This document shows positions 29,295-42,714 of a DNA stretch of 64,000 nt, piece after piece. Position 1 is the stretch's first letter. The number at the start of each line of letters is the position of its first letter. Origin of the DNA: Eledone cirrhosa. Taxonomy: Eukaryota. The DNA lies in assembly GCA_964016885.1 (NCBI GenBank), contig OZ024741.1:203980001-204044000 (forward strand), written 5' to 3'. The notes under the pieces were generated by a model. The model saw only the letters and a list, made by a program, of their open reading frames with translations. It did no database searches and was not told the origin of the DNA. Made by a program: the position numbers and the translations under genes.

Positions 29295-30508
29295 TAATCT
29301 ATGGGTTTTTTTTCTTGTTTGTCAATGCAAATACCCAGAAATGTGTGTGTGCGCTTGCACACACACGCACACACAATGATGTTTAGTTTTATACCTTTAT
29401 ATCTATCAGATAGGCATCAGTTATGTATACACCCCATGTTGCCATATATCAAAATGAGAGGAAGGTGTCTGCTCCAAAAGTGTATGATTGCTATGACCCT
29501 TTAGTAAAACAATACATTTTCAAATCTAGTGTTGTGATTTCCTATCTAGATAACTACACTTCACTATATAACAATTATACATATATATAATGTGTGTCCT
29601 AATATAATGAGATAGTCCTGGTGCCATGAAAAAATGGATGCTGTATATGCTATGAGGTGGTCGTGCTGGTGTCATGATAAAATGCACCCAATACACTCTA
29701 TAAAGTGGTTTGCATTAAATAGGGCTTCCAGCTGTAGAAATCATGCTAAAAATAAAGCATATGAGTGATCTTCTGATCTACATAGCCTCAGTACATGACG
29801 ACCTGTCTAACCCATGCAAGCATGGAAAATAGATGTTAAACTGTGATGAGGAGGACAATGCTCTAGCATGGCCTGTGCTATAATGGCAAAACACAATCTA
29901 ACAAAACATAGAGGAATACAAAGTTTTGGTTATTTCATGTACAACTATATATTTTCTGATTATCACCTGGCTTACTCTGAAACACAAGTTCCACTCTCAC
30001 CTTATGGTCAAGTGACAGTGACAGATTGAGTAGAGGAAGTGGGGAGGGCTGTCTGGTTTGTAGCCAGTGGCCCCACAATATTAAGAGTCCCACAATAATA
30101 TTGTGTATTACCATAAGTAACATGCAAAGGCTCCAATGAACTATTCTGTCAGGGGACTCCTGCAATCTAAATCTGCCCTGATTATGTGATTAGCAGGTTG
30201 ACTTTGCCTTTCATCCTTACGGGATTGATAAAATAAAGTACCAGTAATGCACTGGGTATTTGCTGGCCTTGTTCCTAAAGTAGAAACAATTATGTGATTA
30301 GCAGTAAGGAAGATATCCAGTTGTAAAAACAAATACTATGACAAACATTAAAAATGTGTCCACGCAGGCATGGGAGATTTGATGTATAAACTAATATACA
30401 TGTGTGCATGCGTGTGTGTGTGTGTATATATATATATATGTATGCGTGTATATGTATATATATATATGTATGTGTGTATATATATATATATATGTGTGTG
30501 TATGTATG

Positions 30509-30551
<43 letters not shown>

Positions 30552-30583
30552 AAATAGTAGAGAGGAAAAAGATTTTCTTTCAG

Positions 30584-30618
<35 letters not shown>

Positions 30619-30999
30619 AATTGTTTCTACTTTAGGCACAAGGCCAGCAATCACCAGTTCATTACTGGTACTTTATTTTATCGACCCCGTAAGGATGAAA
30701 GGCAAAGTCAACCTCGGCGGGATTTGAACTCAGATCGTAAAGAGACGTAACTATGCTGGAAAGCATGGCGTCCGACCCTCTACCGATACTGCCAATCCAC
30801 GGCCATTATATATATATACAATAATGAGAGGTATACAGATATATGTGTATACATACATATACATGTATATATAAACATATATTTTTCACAAGTATGTGAG
30901 ATTGTATGTTGTCGACCTTAACCAGTGTTACTCTATGATTATGAGAGACAAGATAATCGAAATAATTAAATTGAAAATTGACACAATATCAGAGTTATG

Positions 31000-31201
31000 T
31001 AAAATATTATAAAAAAGAATAATAGATACAATATACCTATTTTTTTCCTTAGTCCCGACTTGTACAGTTTCGCTGGTCACTATGCAAAAATGGTATATTC
31101 AAAAATGTTATATTTTTGCATAGTGACCAGCAAAACTGTACAGTTGGGACTAAAGAAAAAAATAGTATATTGTATCTATTATTCCTTTTTATAATATTTT
31201 A
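31000..31201 (-). repeat. Fold-back element with the 3' half of a hammerhead
   Basis: Arms of ~90 bp; the - strand of the left arm reads gc GAAAC TGTACA A GTC gggac. Confidence 0.8.
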
Positions 31202-34200
31202 TATATATATATGTATATATATGAAAACAGTCAGGACCCCAACAGCTGAGCTCCGAACACTTTGGATCTAGCCGTCGGGGTCCTGACTCTTTTCATATTA
31301 CCCACTCTACTAACCTAAGTATTGAGTACTCTGGTGCGTTATGGTCCACCTGGTATCTTACCACACCCTCTTTGTTATATATATATGCACACACATACAC
31401 ACACACGTGTGTGTGTGTAAATATATATAAAATCAAAGTTGATTTTTGTTTGTTTGTTTTTTTTTACTTGTTATTTTTTTCCATTGTCAATCAAATTTGG
31501 CAGCACAAATGTGTATTAAACTTTACACATTCTAAAATAACGCTTTGTAGATATGTAATTTCATACACATTCAGTATTATACTTATACATAGCTATTTAA
31601 CACTATGAAAAGTATCTAATGGAATTCTGGTAATTGCAAGAGTTTTTCTTGTTTATATTTCCTGTAGTGCATGTGTATAAGACATACTTGTTACTCCCAC
31701 CCTCAATGGGTGTCAGAATTTATCTGCACTCTATATACTGATGGCATTAATACTACATCATCATCATACACTTGCTTTCCTGCAAGCAAGGGAAAACATA
31801 TATATATATATATACACAAGCTAAGTATGTAAAAATAGAGATAATATTAACTTTTCTTGTGTCTAAACTTTTTTCTTCAAAATAAGGTTGCATCTTCTAT
31901 TTAACAAAATATGGTAGTATGGACCATCAATTGCAGAATTCTTGTCCAACATAGTAGATAAGTTGGGTTCAAGAGATGAGGTTCAAATTACAGGTCAGGT
32001 TTGTTGTAAAATTTCACATTTTATACATTGTATATAGATTGAATTCTGAGTTCTGTAAGATGATTTTTTTTTCCCCTCAGCTTAAACTCTTGACTTTGAT
32101 CACTGTAATATATAGTGTTATATATATATATATATATATTCATACATACATGCATACACACACTATTTTATCACTGTAATAATATAGTGTTTTATATATA
32201 TATATATATATACATACTATACAAACTGAATGTTATCACTGTAATATACTCAAACGTTTTTGAGTTCAAAATATGTCTTTATTTCTCCCAAGAGCAAATA
32301 TTCTATATTTTATGATAAACTATGTGATCTCTTAAATTACCTTTAAAACTGAAGATTTACTGGGTGTTGTAGTTTCACTATTCAGCTGTGTTCAAAATCA
32401 TGCTCTGTATATGGGGCCAAATTATTTATAAGGTTGACTAGGCTAAAGCCTGGGGAGCCCAGAGGGACTAGGGATCTTGCAGGGACTAGGGGCCCATCAA
32501 TTTTGTTTTTGCTGAAATACTGTTACCTGCACCCTAGGATTGAAGTGCCAGAGAGGGACCCAAAATACTAAAAGTCTTGGGGCCCAACTATGGGTTAAAA
32601 TGGCCCAGTCTGTATAAAAATAATCCTAAAACAAGGCTGTGTCAAAGAATTTTTTCCAGAGTTTTAGGTAACTTCTATTGTATTCTATATTGTAAAAAAA
32701 TAATTACCCATACAGAGCCAAACTTCCAATCAAAAGTGATATACTCTTAATTAAAAATCCTTCCAAGCTATTAACGTTTAAATTCTAAAAAGGGAAGATG
32801 TATAAAGATTTATATCTGTTGCTGTTATTGTTGTGTTGAAAAAACTTAATGTTTGAAATTTATCTTTTCAATGTGTTCAGAATACTGTAGAATGTTATCC
32901 AGTTAGTAGATTTAAACAGCAAGAACATATTTCTTTTTTCAAGTGACCAATTCAGGCACTATTTAATTTTATTATTTTACTTTTTATTCCCAAATCCCAT
33001 TTTACATTTCTTATGTGAAGACATTCACCCTAGTGGTGTTGGGTTCATAATTGCTATGTTGTGAATTCAATTCCTGAACTGATGGTGTGTTCTTGAGCAA
33101 AACACTTCATTTCACATTGTTGCAATTTACTCAGTTGAAAATTAGTACCAGCAGCAACAGTTGGGGATTAAAGCTGGAATGGACTGGTGCCAGGATGGGA
33201 CAGACTTTAACCTTTCTTGTTTGTTATGAATTGTCTGGAAAGTTGTTTCAGAATAGATTCAATAGTAAATTTTATGTGAAACACTAAATATAGTCTTAGG
33301 TGGTGCTGCACAATGAAATACATTTTCTAATGTGACTGATATTGAATACATTGTTCACTGACTATTACAACTATTTCATAGAAAATCTTGTAACACTGCA
33401 TAACCTTCTTGTGTATTCCACTTCTTAGCTTTTCAGTGTCCAGTCTTGGAATACTTTCTAAAATATCCTTTCATTCAAACAGAAGTTTAGTGTCAAATAT
33501 TCCACAGTTCACAAAAGATGTGTATTTAGAATCTGTTTCCAAGATAGAATATATTACCATAACGTTTAACTTACACTGCCACTTTAAAATTGTTTTCATA
33601 TTAGCTTCTGCTGTTTATAGAATAGAAAGATAGCAACTTCTGCACTGCAATAGCAGAATTAGTTAACACGTGATTTATTTATTTGATAACTGTATACACT
33701 TCAAGTCAACACAAAATATGATATTTATCAAAAGTTGATTTTATTTGAAAATTCTTATTGTAATTTCGAATTGAGTTCTTAAATGTAAAAGTTACTTTGA
33801 AATTCCACTCTAACAACAACAAAAATCTTAACGCACAATACTGTTTGTTGTTATTTCTTGTTATGATAGATTAGTTACATAAATATAATCTACAATGATT
33901 TTGTGGACATTTGCAATGTTTCTGGTCTAGTGTCCATGCAATATTTTGATGATCCCTTTATTCTTCACTGATGAAAAACAGTTTGAAGCTATACTAGCTA
34001 TAATTCAGGCTTGTTTAACATGTGCACCATATGCAGCACAGATAGGTATTTTATTAAACATACAAACTACAGTTATTATTTAGTTGAAATACCATCAAAT
34101 CAAAGCCTTTATTCTAAAAGTTTTATCTAAAAGCTTTCTGATCACAGAATCAAATATTTAAAATTATGTTTTATATTTAAAATGCAAATTATGAGCTTGA

Positions 34201-35084
34201 AATATTTCGTTTTAGTGCTTATAGTCACAGTATCTCTGTTTGGCTCTGATATTTATGGCTGCAATACCAAGTCTTATCCTCCATAGTACAAAACAAATGG
34301 CTTTTTTGTTTTCTATTTTATATGATTGTCCAAAACCAAATATTTCAACACTTTTTGGGTCACAGGTCAACAATTTTATCACAAAGTAATTTTTTTATAC
34401 ACTAAGGTCTCCAGATCGCTTGTTTAATCTCAATGTCTATAATCATAACAACGAAGCTTTTAATAATGTTATATGGTTGGTAAAGACCAGTTGTTTAATC
34501 CAAGTGTTGTTATGGACTTGAGACCAAAATTTTTATAACAAATAAATATTTTATGAATCATTTGTATATACCATTGAAGATAAAAAGTTTCAATTGTATA
34601 TTTTAACATCTTCTGGTAGCTTCTACTAGAATATTCCCACCACATGCTGTAATTATTTTCACCTTCTTCTCATATTAATTATTCTTATATATTAATTCAC
34701 CCATTGTTCCATAAAGCTTACAAGAATTTGCTGTAAATCATGTAGGAATTGATTTTGATTATTGAAATGCTGACAACAGTCCAAACATGAAACATATATT
34801 GTAAAAGAAAAAATGATAATTTTACTGCTTGATATCTTGAAAGCAAAAGACAAAAAAAAAACTAAATATATATTTTGTAAAACTGACATTTCTATTTCTT
34901 TATTATTTTGATATAAATAAACACAAATTGTTTTTGTTCAATTTAAAATGTATGATTTTTTTTCACTGTTTTCTTTATTTTATCTGCAATTATCACTGCT
35001 GCATTCTCATTGTTTTCATTCAGAGCTTTCATTCTTTTATATAAACCATCCACTGATATCTATCTATTTATCTACCTACCCATC

Positions 35085-35269
<185 letters not shown>

Positions 35270-35729
35270 CATGCAAACATTCTTTGCTATTTTCCAAATA
35301 CACACACATGTTTTTGATGTTATTCACCATCTTCCATACATTTTCACCACCTACACACTGAGATATTTTCTACACTCTTTCCTTTGTTTTTCTAAATGCC
35401 CTCCACTGATCTTTTCATAATTCCTTCATATTTTCTTATACAAATATTTATGGTTAGGATTGTTTGGGGAAAGTAAGTACAATGCAAATTAGAAATACAA
35501 GAGCAAAAATTAAAATTTATCATGAAATCCAAGTGTAAAAAAGTAATTTTATTTACTCAACTTTTCACTCTTGTGTTTCTAACTCATACTAGCTTTTTCC
35601 AAACAATCCTAACCACATATCTCACAATGATTAATATAAACTATATATATATATATATAGTGTAGGTGATTCAGTGAATTACTGGTGTTAGTACCAAAGT
35701 AAGCACTCTATGCACAAGCAGAGTGAATA

Positions 35730-35951
35730 TATTAGAAAAAAAGCGAGGAGTTTCATGTACATGTATATGATATTTATTATGTATTGACCTGTTATGCATA
35801 TTTCACAGTCTGAAGAGCAGATCAATAGTGGAGTTGGGTCCATAACTTCTATGGGTGAGCTTGAGCCAATCCTCGGCGAAATGCGTATCGCAGGTCAATA
35901 AACAATAAATATCATATGCATGTAAACGAAACTCCTTGTTTTTTTCTAATG
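35730..35951. repeat. Fold-back element enclosing a hammerhead core
   Basis: Arms ~35730-35804 / 35878-35951; CTGAAGA gc...gc GAAA T gcgt ATC, with stem I not paired. Confidence 0.7.
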
Positions 35952-36364
35952 TGTGTGTGTGTATATATATTTATATATATATATATATAATTGTACTGTT
36001 TTAGTAGTTTCATGTATGAAGCATTGTGAAACATGTCATTAGAACTGTTTTGTGAAAGCTGGTATAATGTAAATTATAAATATACAAGTGAAAAGTAGAG
36101 TATAGTAAGGAAAATAAAACACCCATTGTCATTAAACCATTATATTGCTTTTCGTTTGAAAAAGAGATTCTAAACTCAAAATATCCTGAAATCCAAGTGC
36201 AAAAAAAATTGTTTTCTTTACTCTACTTTTCCCTCTAGTATTTCTAACTCCTATTGTACCAGCTTCCCCAAACAATTCAAACTACAATGATATATATATG
36301 ATATATATATAAATATATATATATATATAAATAATGATATATATATATATATATATATTTATTA

Positions 36365-36509
36365 ATTTATTAAAATAACAGATTAAAGTTTAAGCAAAGA
36401 ATCGCTGCTTTCACCCTTAATGGGATCTTCTGAAACAGTTTCAGAAGATCCCATTAAGGGTGAAAGCAGCGATTCTTTGCTTAAACTTTAATCTGTTATT
36501 TTAATAAAT
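36365..36509. repeat. Perfect palindrome, 72-bp arms with a 1-nt centre
   Basis: Centre ctgaaac-a-gtttcag at 36437; I saw no arm mismatch. Confidence 0.95.
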
Positions 36510-36786
36510 ATTTTCTCTAGGGTTCTTATATATTTGATATATATGTATCCTTATTGAGCCCTCTTTGGATTTTAGTCTTCACATTTATTATTATTACTAT
36601 ATATATATAGTAATAATAATAAATGTGAATATCCCTTCTGCTTATATATATATGTATATATAAGCAGAAGGGATATTCAATTTGTTGGTAATTCAACAAA
36701 TATAAATGTTTATAACTGATTCAGAGCACTCGACAGATTTTCTGAAGTATAATATTCAATGATATTAAATGAATGGAAACCATATT

Positions 36787-36847
36787 TATTCTATTATATA
36801 TATTTCAAGGGTACCAAAACTTTGGTACGCTTTCATCAGATAAAATA
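36787..36847 (-). ncRNA. Minimal type I hammerhead ribozyme with intact core, overlapping palindrome 36825-36996
   Basis: - strand: tattttat|CTGATGA|aagcgtaccaa agtt ttggtaccctt|GAAA T ATAT ATA|atagaata. 8-bp stem I, 11-bp stem II (one C.C), palindromic stem III loop. Confidence 0.85.
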
Positions 36848-39800
36848 CGAAGTGTATTTTATAAATTTTGACATAACCAAGGAAAATACCTTAACGGTTC
36901 AAGTTTTCCTTGGAAAACTTGAACCGTTAAAGTATTTTCCTTGGTTATGTCAAAATTTATAAAGCACACTTCGTATTTTATCTGATGAAAGCGTACTCTT
37001 GTTTTCACTGATCAAAGCGTACTCTTGTTTTCACTCCTATATTTCTAACCACATACCTCACAATGATTTCATATAAACTATAATTTTTCTTTTAAACAAC
37101 ACCAGTTGTATTCACTGGTTACCTTTAGATTTTTCTTTGTACAATTTAATTGTGAAATATACAGTATCTATTGAGAAAACATTATAGTAGTCTGTCTACT
37201 ATACATGTTCGTCATATTATCTAATTGTAAAATATACTTTATTTGTTGATCAAACATTATAATAATCTGTCAATGAGATAATGACTTGTGCATCATAATA
37301 GTAATTATATAATAGATATAATTTGTCAATAAAACGTTAGTAGTTTTTTAACTTTATCCAATAATGATTTTAGTCAGCTGTAGCAGATGCTTATTACCAG
37401 TATTACACTAGTCTGGTAGTCACATAACACTATAGGAACATATTGTAAAGGTATGTGGCTTAGTTGTTACAGTGTTCAGCTGACTATCTTAAGGTTGTGA
37501 GTTTGATTCCTTGAGGAAGCACTTTATTTCATGTTGCTTAAGGTCACTCAGCTGGCAAAAATGAGTTGTATCGTAATTCAAAGTCACATACTGTATCATG
37601 CTGAATTTCTATGAGAACTAGGTTACAGGTACATGTGCCTATGGAATACTCAGCCAAATGCACATAAATTTTCTAAGCAGCCTGTTGTTCTCAAACTGCT
37701 GGAATATTCATCATCAGAATGCGTTTTTTTTTTGTTTTTATAATTTTTTTTTTTTCGGTTATTATACATTCATATTGGAAATTACTGGCAAACTGTTTTT
37801 CAATTGTTTGAGACCCTTGATTATACTATGCTATAAACTTAGTATTGATATTGGTTATGTATTAGAGCATGGGCAGCATTAGCAGAATTATTAGAGCATT
37901 GCAGAGAGTTCTTCATGCTGTTTGATTTGGCTCTCTGTGTGAGTTCAAATCCCGCCATGGTCATCTTTGCTATCAATCCGGAACTCAAACACGGAAGGAT
38001 GAAAAACAAAGTTGACCATGGCAGGATTTGAATTCAGAATGTAGAAACTCATAATTAAATGCTGTTTGACACTCTACTGATACTGCCAATCCACTAAATA
38101 ATGATAATAGTTTTTAGGATCTCCTACTGGCTGGTGTTGCCCATAAAATCTGTCTAGCAATTCCTTCTGTAGACATTCTAACTACATGTTCGTAGTACCA
38201 GAGCTTAATCTCTCAATTCGTAGAAATAGGGGCTCTACTTGAAGTGACTCCCTGATCTCCAAGCTATGCACTCTATCAAGTAATGTTACTCCAGAGACCT
38301 TTCAGAAGAACTCTATTTTGGCCACTTGTATTTGCAATCATATTCTTTGAGTTGAAGATAGCGAGTTTAGCTTTTAAACCTACCTCCCCTCTTCTGATGT
38401 TCAAGTGCTCTCATAGAAAATATTTATGTAATTGTGTAAATAAATTAACTGAAATCCTTATTTTAAAAAGATACATCATTTAGTATTGCTGTAATATGAT
38501 CACAGAATGAACTCATTTCCGCTGTAGATGTTGTTATTTTGGGATCTCCATTGATTCAGATAAGTGTTTCAGTTGTTCAAACAATGGAACAGCCTGCTTA
38601 AGAAATTAACATGAAAGGGACTGAGCATTCTACAAATATGTGTATTCTTATATAGTTCTCAGGGAGATTCAGCATGATAGTGTGTAACAAGGCTGGCTCT
38701 TTGAATTACAAGCACAACTCATTTTTGCCAAATGAATGGACTTAGCAATGTGAAATAAAGAGTATTGTTAAAGAACACAATGCATCACAAATTGAACACA
38801 TGATCTTATAATCATGGGTTGGATATCCTAACCACTAAGCCATATACTTTCACTTCTATAGAACTATTTAGACACATTCTACCTCGTCTGTGATGCCAAT
38901 ATATACTTTCAAGCTTTTTAAAACATTCCAATCTGTGTGCACACACACATACACACAGAATTGAAATAAAATAAAGACTAAAAATATTTTGGTATGCCCT
39001 CATATGTAAATATTTATGTGTATATTTATGTATATATTTGTGTGTATGTAAACTTATTATTATTGTTATTGCCAAAAGTAGAAACAATTATTATTATTGT
39101 AGGATAGGATGCTTTATTCTACTTTCTTTGAGTACAAAGTTGAATAATGGTCTTACTAGTCTTAACTAGTAACATCTCATATATATATACTGTATATATA
39201 CAAGTGTATATAAGCTGATAAATATGTAACAAACAAAAAAATCTATGGTCAAATGAGGTCGGCTTATAGTCAAGGTCAATATTTTGCTGATTTTCACCAA
39301 TTTTAAAATTCTACATAAATGAGTGCTAAATATTTTCGCTATGGAGGCGAATATTACACCGGTTTCACTTTGGAGGTCAATATTACACCAGTTTCACGTA
39401 GGAGGTGAATATTACACTGTTTTCATTTTTGAATGGAATTCATATTTCCTATTGTTTTTTTATGTTTCAAAATGGTCAGAAATTGGTAACAATTCATTAT
39501 GTAATGGAGTTGTGAAACAAAAACTATACTCTAAACAATGTTTTAAATATTAAAACTTCATGAGAATTTCAAATCTGCACCATCTAAACATAAAAGGGAT
39601 TTGGATTTTTGCCTAATTCTCAGTCATAAATAGGGATTGACTTATATTTAGATTGGCTTATATTCGAGTATATATGATATATATATGTGTGTGTGTGTAA
39701 ACTAATATATATTTCTGTAAATTTACTCTGTATTGGAATCCTTTTTCTGTGTAAAACTAATATTTTTTACTTGAATTCTATCTGTAAAAAGAGTCTCTTT

Positions 39801-40519
39801 TTATAAGATCTTGGATGTAGAAACGACATTCATAAATATATGTGGAAGCTACATTGATATTGGATGTGAGAAGTATATTGATATTAAGTGTGGAAACTAC
39901 AGCGATATTGGAAGTGAAAATAACATAGATATTTGATGTAGAAACTGATATTGGTGGATGTTATGTCACATCTAAATATTGCTTTACTTTCCAATAGTTG
40001 CAAAGCCAAGTATTTTAGGAGAGAAATGCAAACAATATCAGCATGATTATTTAGTTATCTTTATCTGAATCAATAGTTATATGTGAAGTTCCTTTACTTA
40101 GTGGTTATGGAATTCAGCTCACATTTGTAAGGTTGAGTTCAATTCCTAACAGTGGGTTACATCACTGAGCATGACAATTTATTTCATGTTGTTCCAGTCT
40201 AGTCAGCTAGAAAAATGAGGTATATCTGCAATGCAAAGGGCCAGCCTTGTTAGACTCTGTCATGCTGAATCACCCTATAAATTTCATGAACAAGCTGTGC
40301 CAATTTTTCAAATAACTGGAACAGTCATTGTTGGATCTGATAGAGGTCCGACAACAATAATTATATAACAGGGGTTCTGACAGAAATCAAACAACAACAA
40401 TAGTTATGTAACATAGATCGGCCAGTACTAAATTACTGGAACATTATTTTTCGTATGTTCGATTTTCTAAAATGTTTTACTTTTTGATTGATTTCATCTT
40501 AGAACTTACAGAGTACTAG

Positions 40520-40550
<31 letters not shown>

Positions 40551-42396
40551 TTAATGCGAAGAAATACCAATGACGGTTGGAAGATCACTGATGACGGACT
40601 AATTTTATTCATATATATCTATATCTATATATATATTTATAGAGAGAGAGAGAGAAAACTTTAGTTATTATAAATTTTGTATTTGGAACATGAGAAAGTT
40701 ATACTGTTAAATACCTCCAAATTCTTTATTATTTTCGAAATTATTTGAAAATTATAGGTAGTATCTCTCAATAGAAATATGGTAATGAAGAGAACTAAAA
40801 AAAGCAGTTTAGCCATATTAACCTTGGAAAATGTGCATAATACTGATTTCTTTATTTAATAATTGTTTCTACTTTAGGCACAAGGCCAGCAATAACCAGT
40901 GCATTACTGGTACTTTATTTTATCGACCCCGTAAGGATGAAAGGCAAAGTCAACCTCGGCGGGATTTGAACTCAGATCGTAAAGGGACGTAACTATGCTG
41001 GAAAGCATGGCGTCCGACTCTCGACCGATACTGCCAATCCAGCTTATTTAATAATGATTTTGTATAATACTGCAAAGATACAAGAGAAAAATATATTAAT
41101 AATTGTGATGTTAAGAGTTAAGTCCCTTTGTGCAAAGAACATTAAGACAGCTGGCAATGGAAACATTATACATTAGATTAGGCCAGCTACAACATTTTTC
41201 CCTGCCCTTCCACTCCTAATATTACAATAGGCCAGCTAGAACATCCTCCTTTCACTTGCCTAATATTATAATATACATGGAACCTTTAACAAACTCCTAT
41301 GTATACATCAGTGTGTGATAATAGCTTGTGACATCTAGCTATAAAAATATTTTTTTAAACCAGTGTAAATATTCAATAATTAATTACATTCTGTACTCCA
41401 ATCCTACCAAAGTCGAATTTGCCTTTCACTCTTCAATAAACTCTATACCAGTTATATACTGAGGATTGATCTAATTAATTCTGTTTCTATCCCAAAAATC
41501 TGTGACTTTGTACCTGTTAAATATTTTATCTGTCTCTGGCATCTAAGTTGCAATACACCAAAGTTAACTTTGTCTTTTATAGTGTCTTTGCACCACTCCC
41601 ATCATCATCATTTTAACATTCACTTTTCCATGTTAATATAGGCTGGGCAGGACGTTTTTAGTTAGCATTTTATAACATTACAAGAAACATAGATATGGTA
41701 AACTTATTTTAGGGTAAACATAGTTAGAACTAAGCTCCACACTTCCCAATTACTATTTATTGGTGTTGTTTCTATATCATAGTGTTACATTCTCAGATAG
41801 TCAAATCTATGACCTGAAATAAAAACTGAAAATATTTTCATCTATGTTATAAGTTCATTCTAGTGAGTTATTGGGTAACACTTCTTACAATTTCATTTTC
41901 AAATCCTACTAGTATTGATACGGCTTTATTTATTCATCATTTAACCTTTTTGATATCAAACCACCTGAAACAGCCCCTTGATTCTATAATGCTAAGCTGT
42001 TTATTTTAAAGTGTTTATTTACTTTCCAAACCCCTCCAAATTCTTGATTATTTTCAAAATAAATTAATAAAGATAAGCAGCGTGTTTCATAATTTTATGC
42101 AAGAACCTTTAAGTTCTGTTCAAAACATCAAGTTAAAAATGACAGTTATTCATTTTGTTTTCATTTTGTTTTCAAAATTATTTGAAAATGGTAGTCATTG
42201 TCTTTCATTAGAAATATGGTAATGAAAGTGTTAATGGAATAATTGAATGTAATTGATTGAACTAACAATACCTCTACCCTACAAAACTTTGCCTATGTAT
42301 AATAATTATTAATTAGTCACATTGTTGAAATCTCGCAGGAATCAATTTTGTCTTTCATCCCTCCAGAGTTGATAAAGTCAGTAATAGTATCATTAA

Positions 42397-42568
42397 TCCT
42401 TTAGCATTTGCATTACTCTATATTTACTATTATTTTTTTGTGGTAAATTCCTCACATAACTATCTCACATAATATCGAATCTTTGAGATTTTGACATTAT
42501 TCATTTTGAGAACAATACTTAAACGTTGGTATGAGTGGCTGGATATGGCCAGTTTAAATGCTAAAGGG
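42397..42568. mobile_element. piggyBac-type (TTAA) MITE; second copy at 50714-50917
   Basis: TTAA|(t/c)cc(t/a)ttagcattt...aaatgctaaag(g/a)g|TTAA in both copies, with a homologous interior. Confidence 0.75.
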
Positions 42569-42714
42569 TTAAAGTTTCTCAGTAAATTAAATTTACTCAG
42601 CACTTCCACAAAATGTATTACTCTATTTCAATGTGAGAAATCACTATTATTTCAGTTAAAATTGCACATAGGGTACAGAGCTGTATATAAAATACCACAT
42701 AGTATTACTCTGTG

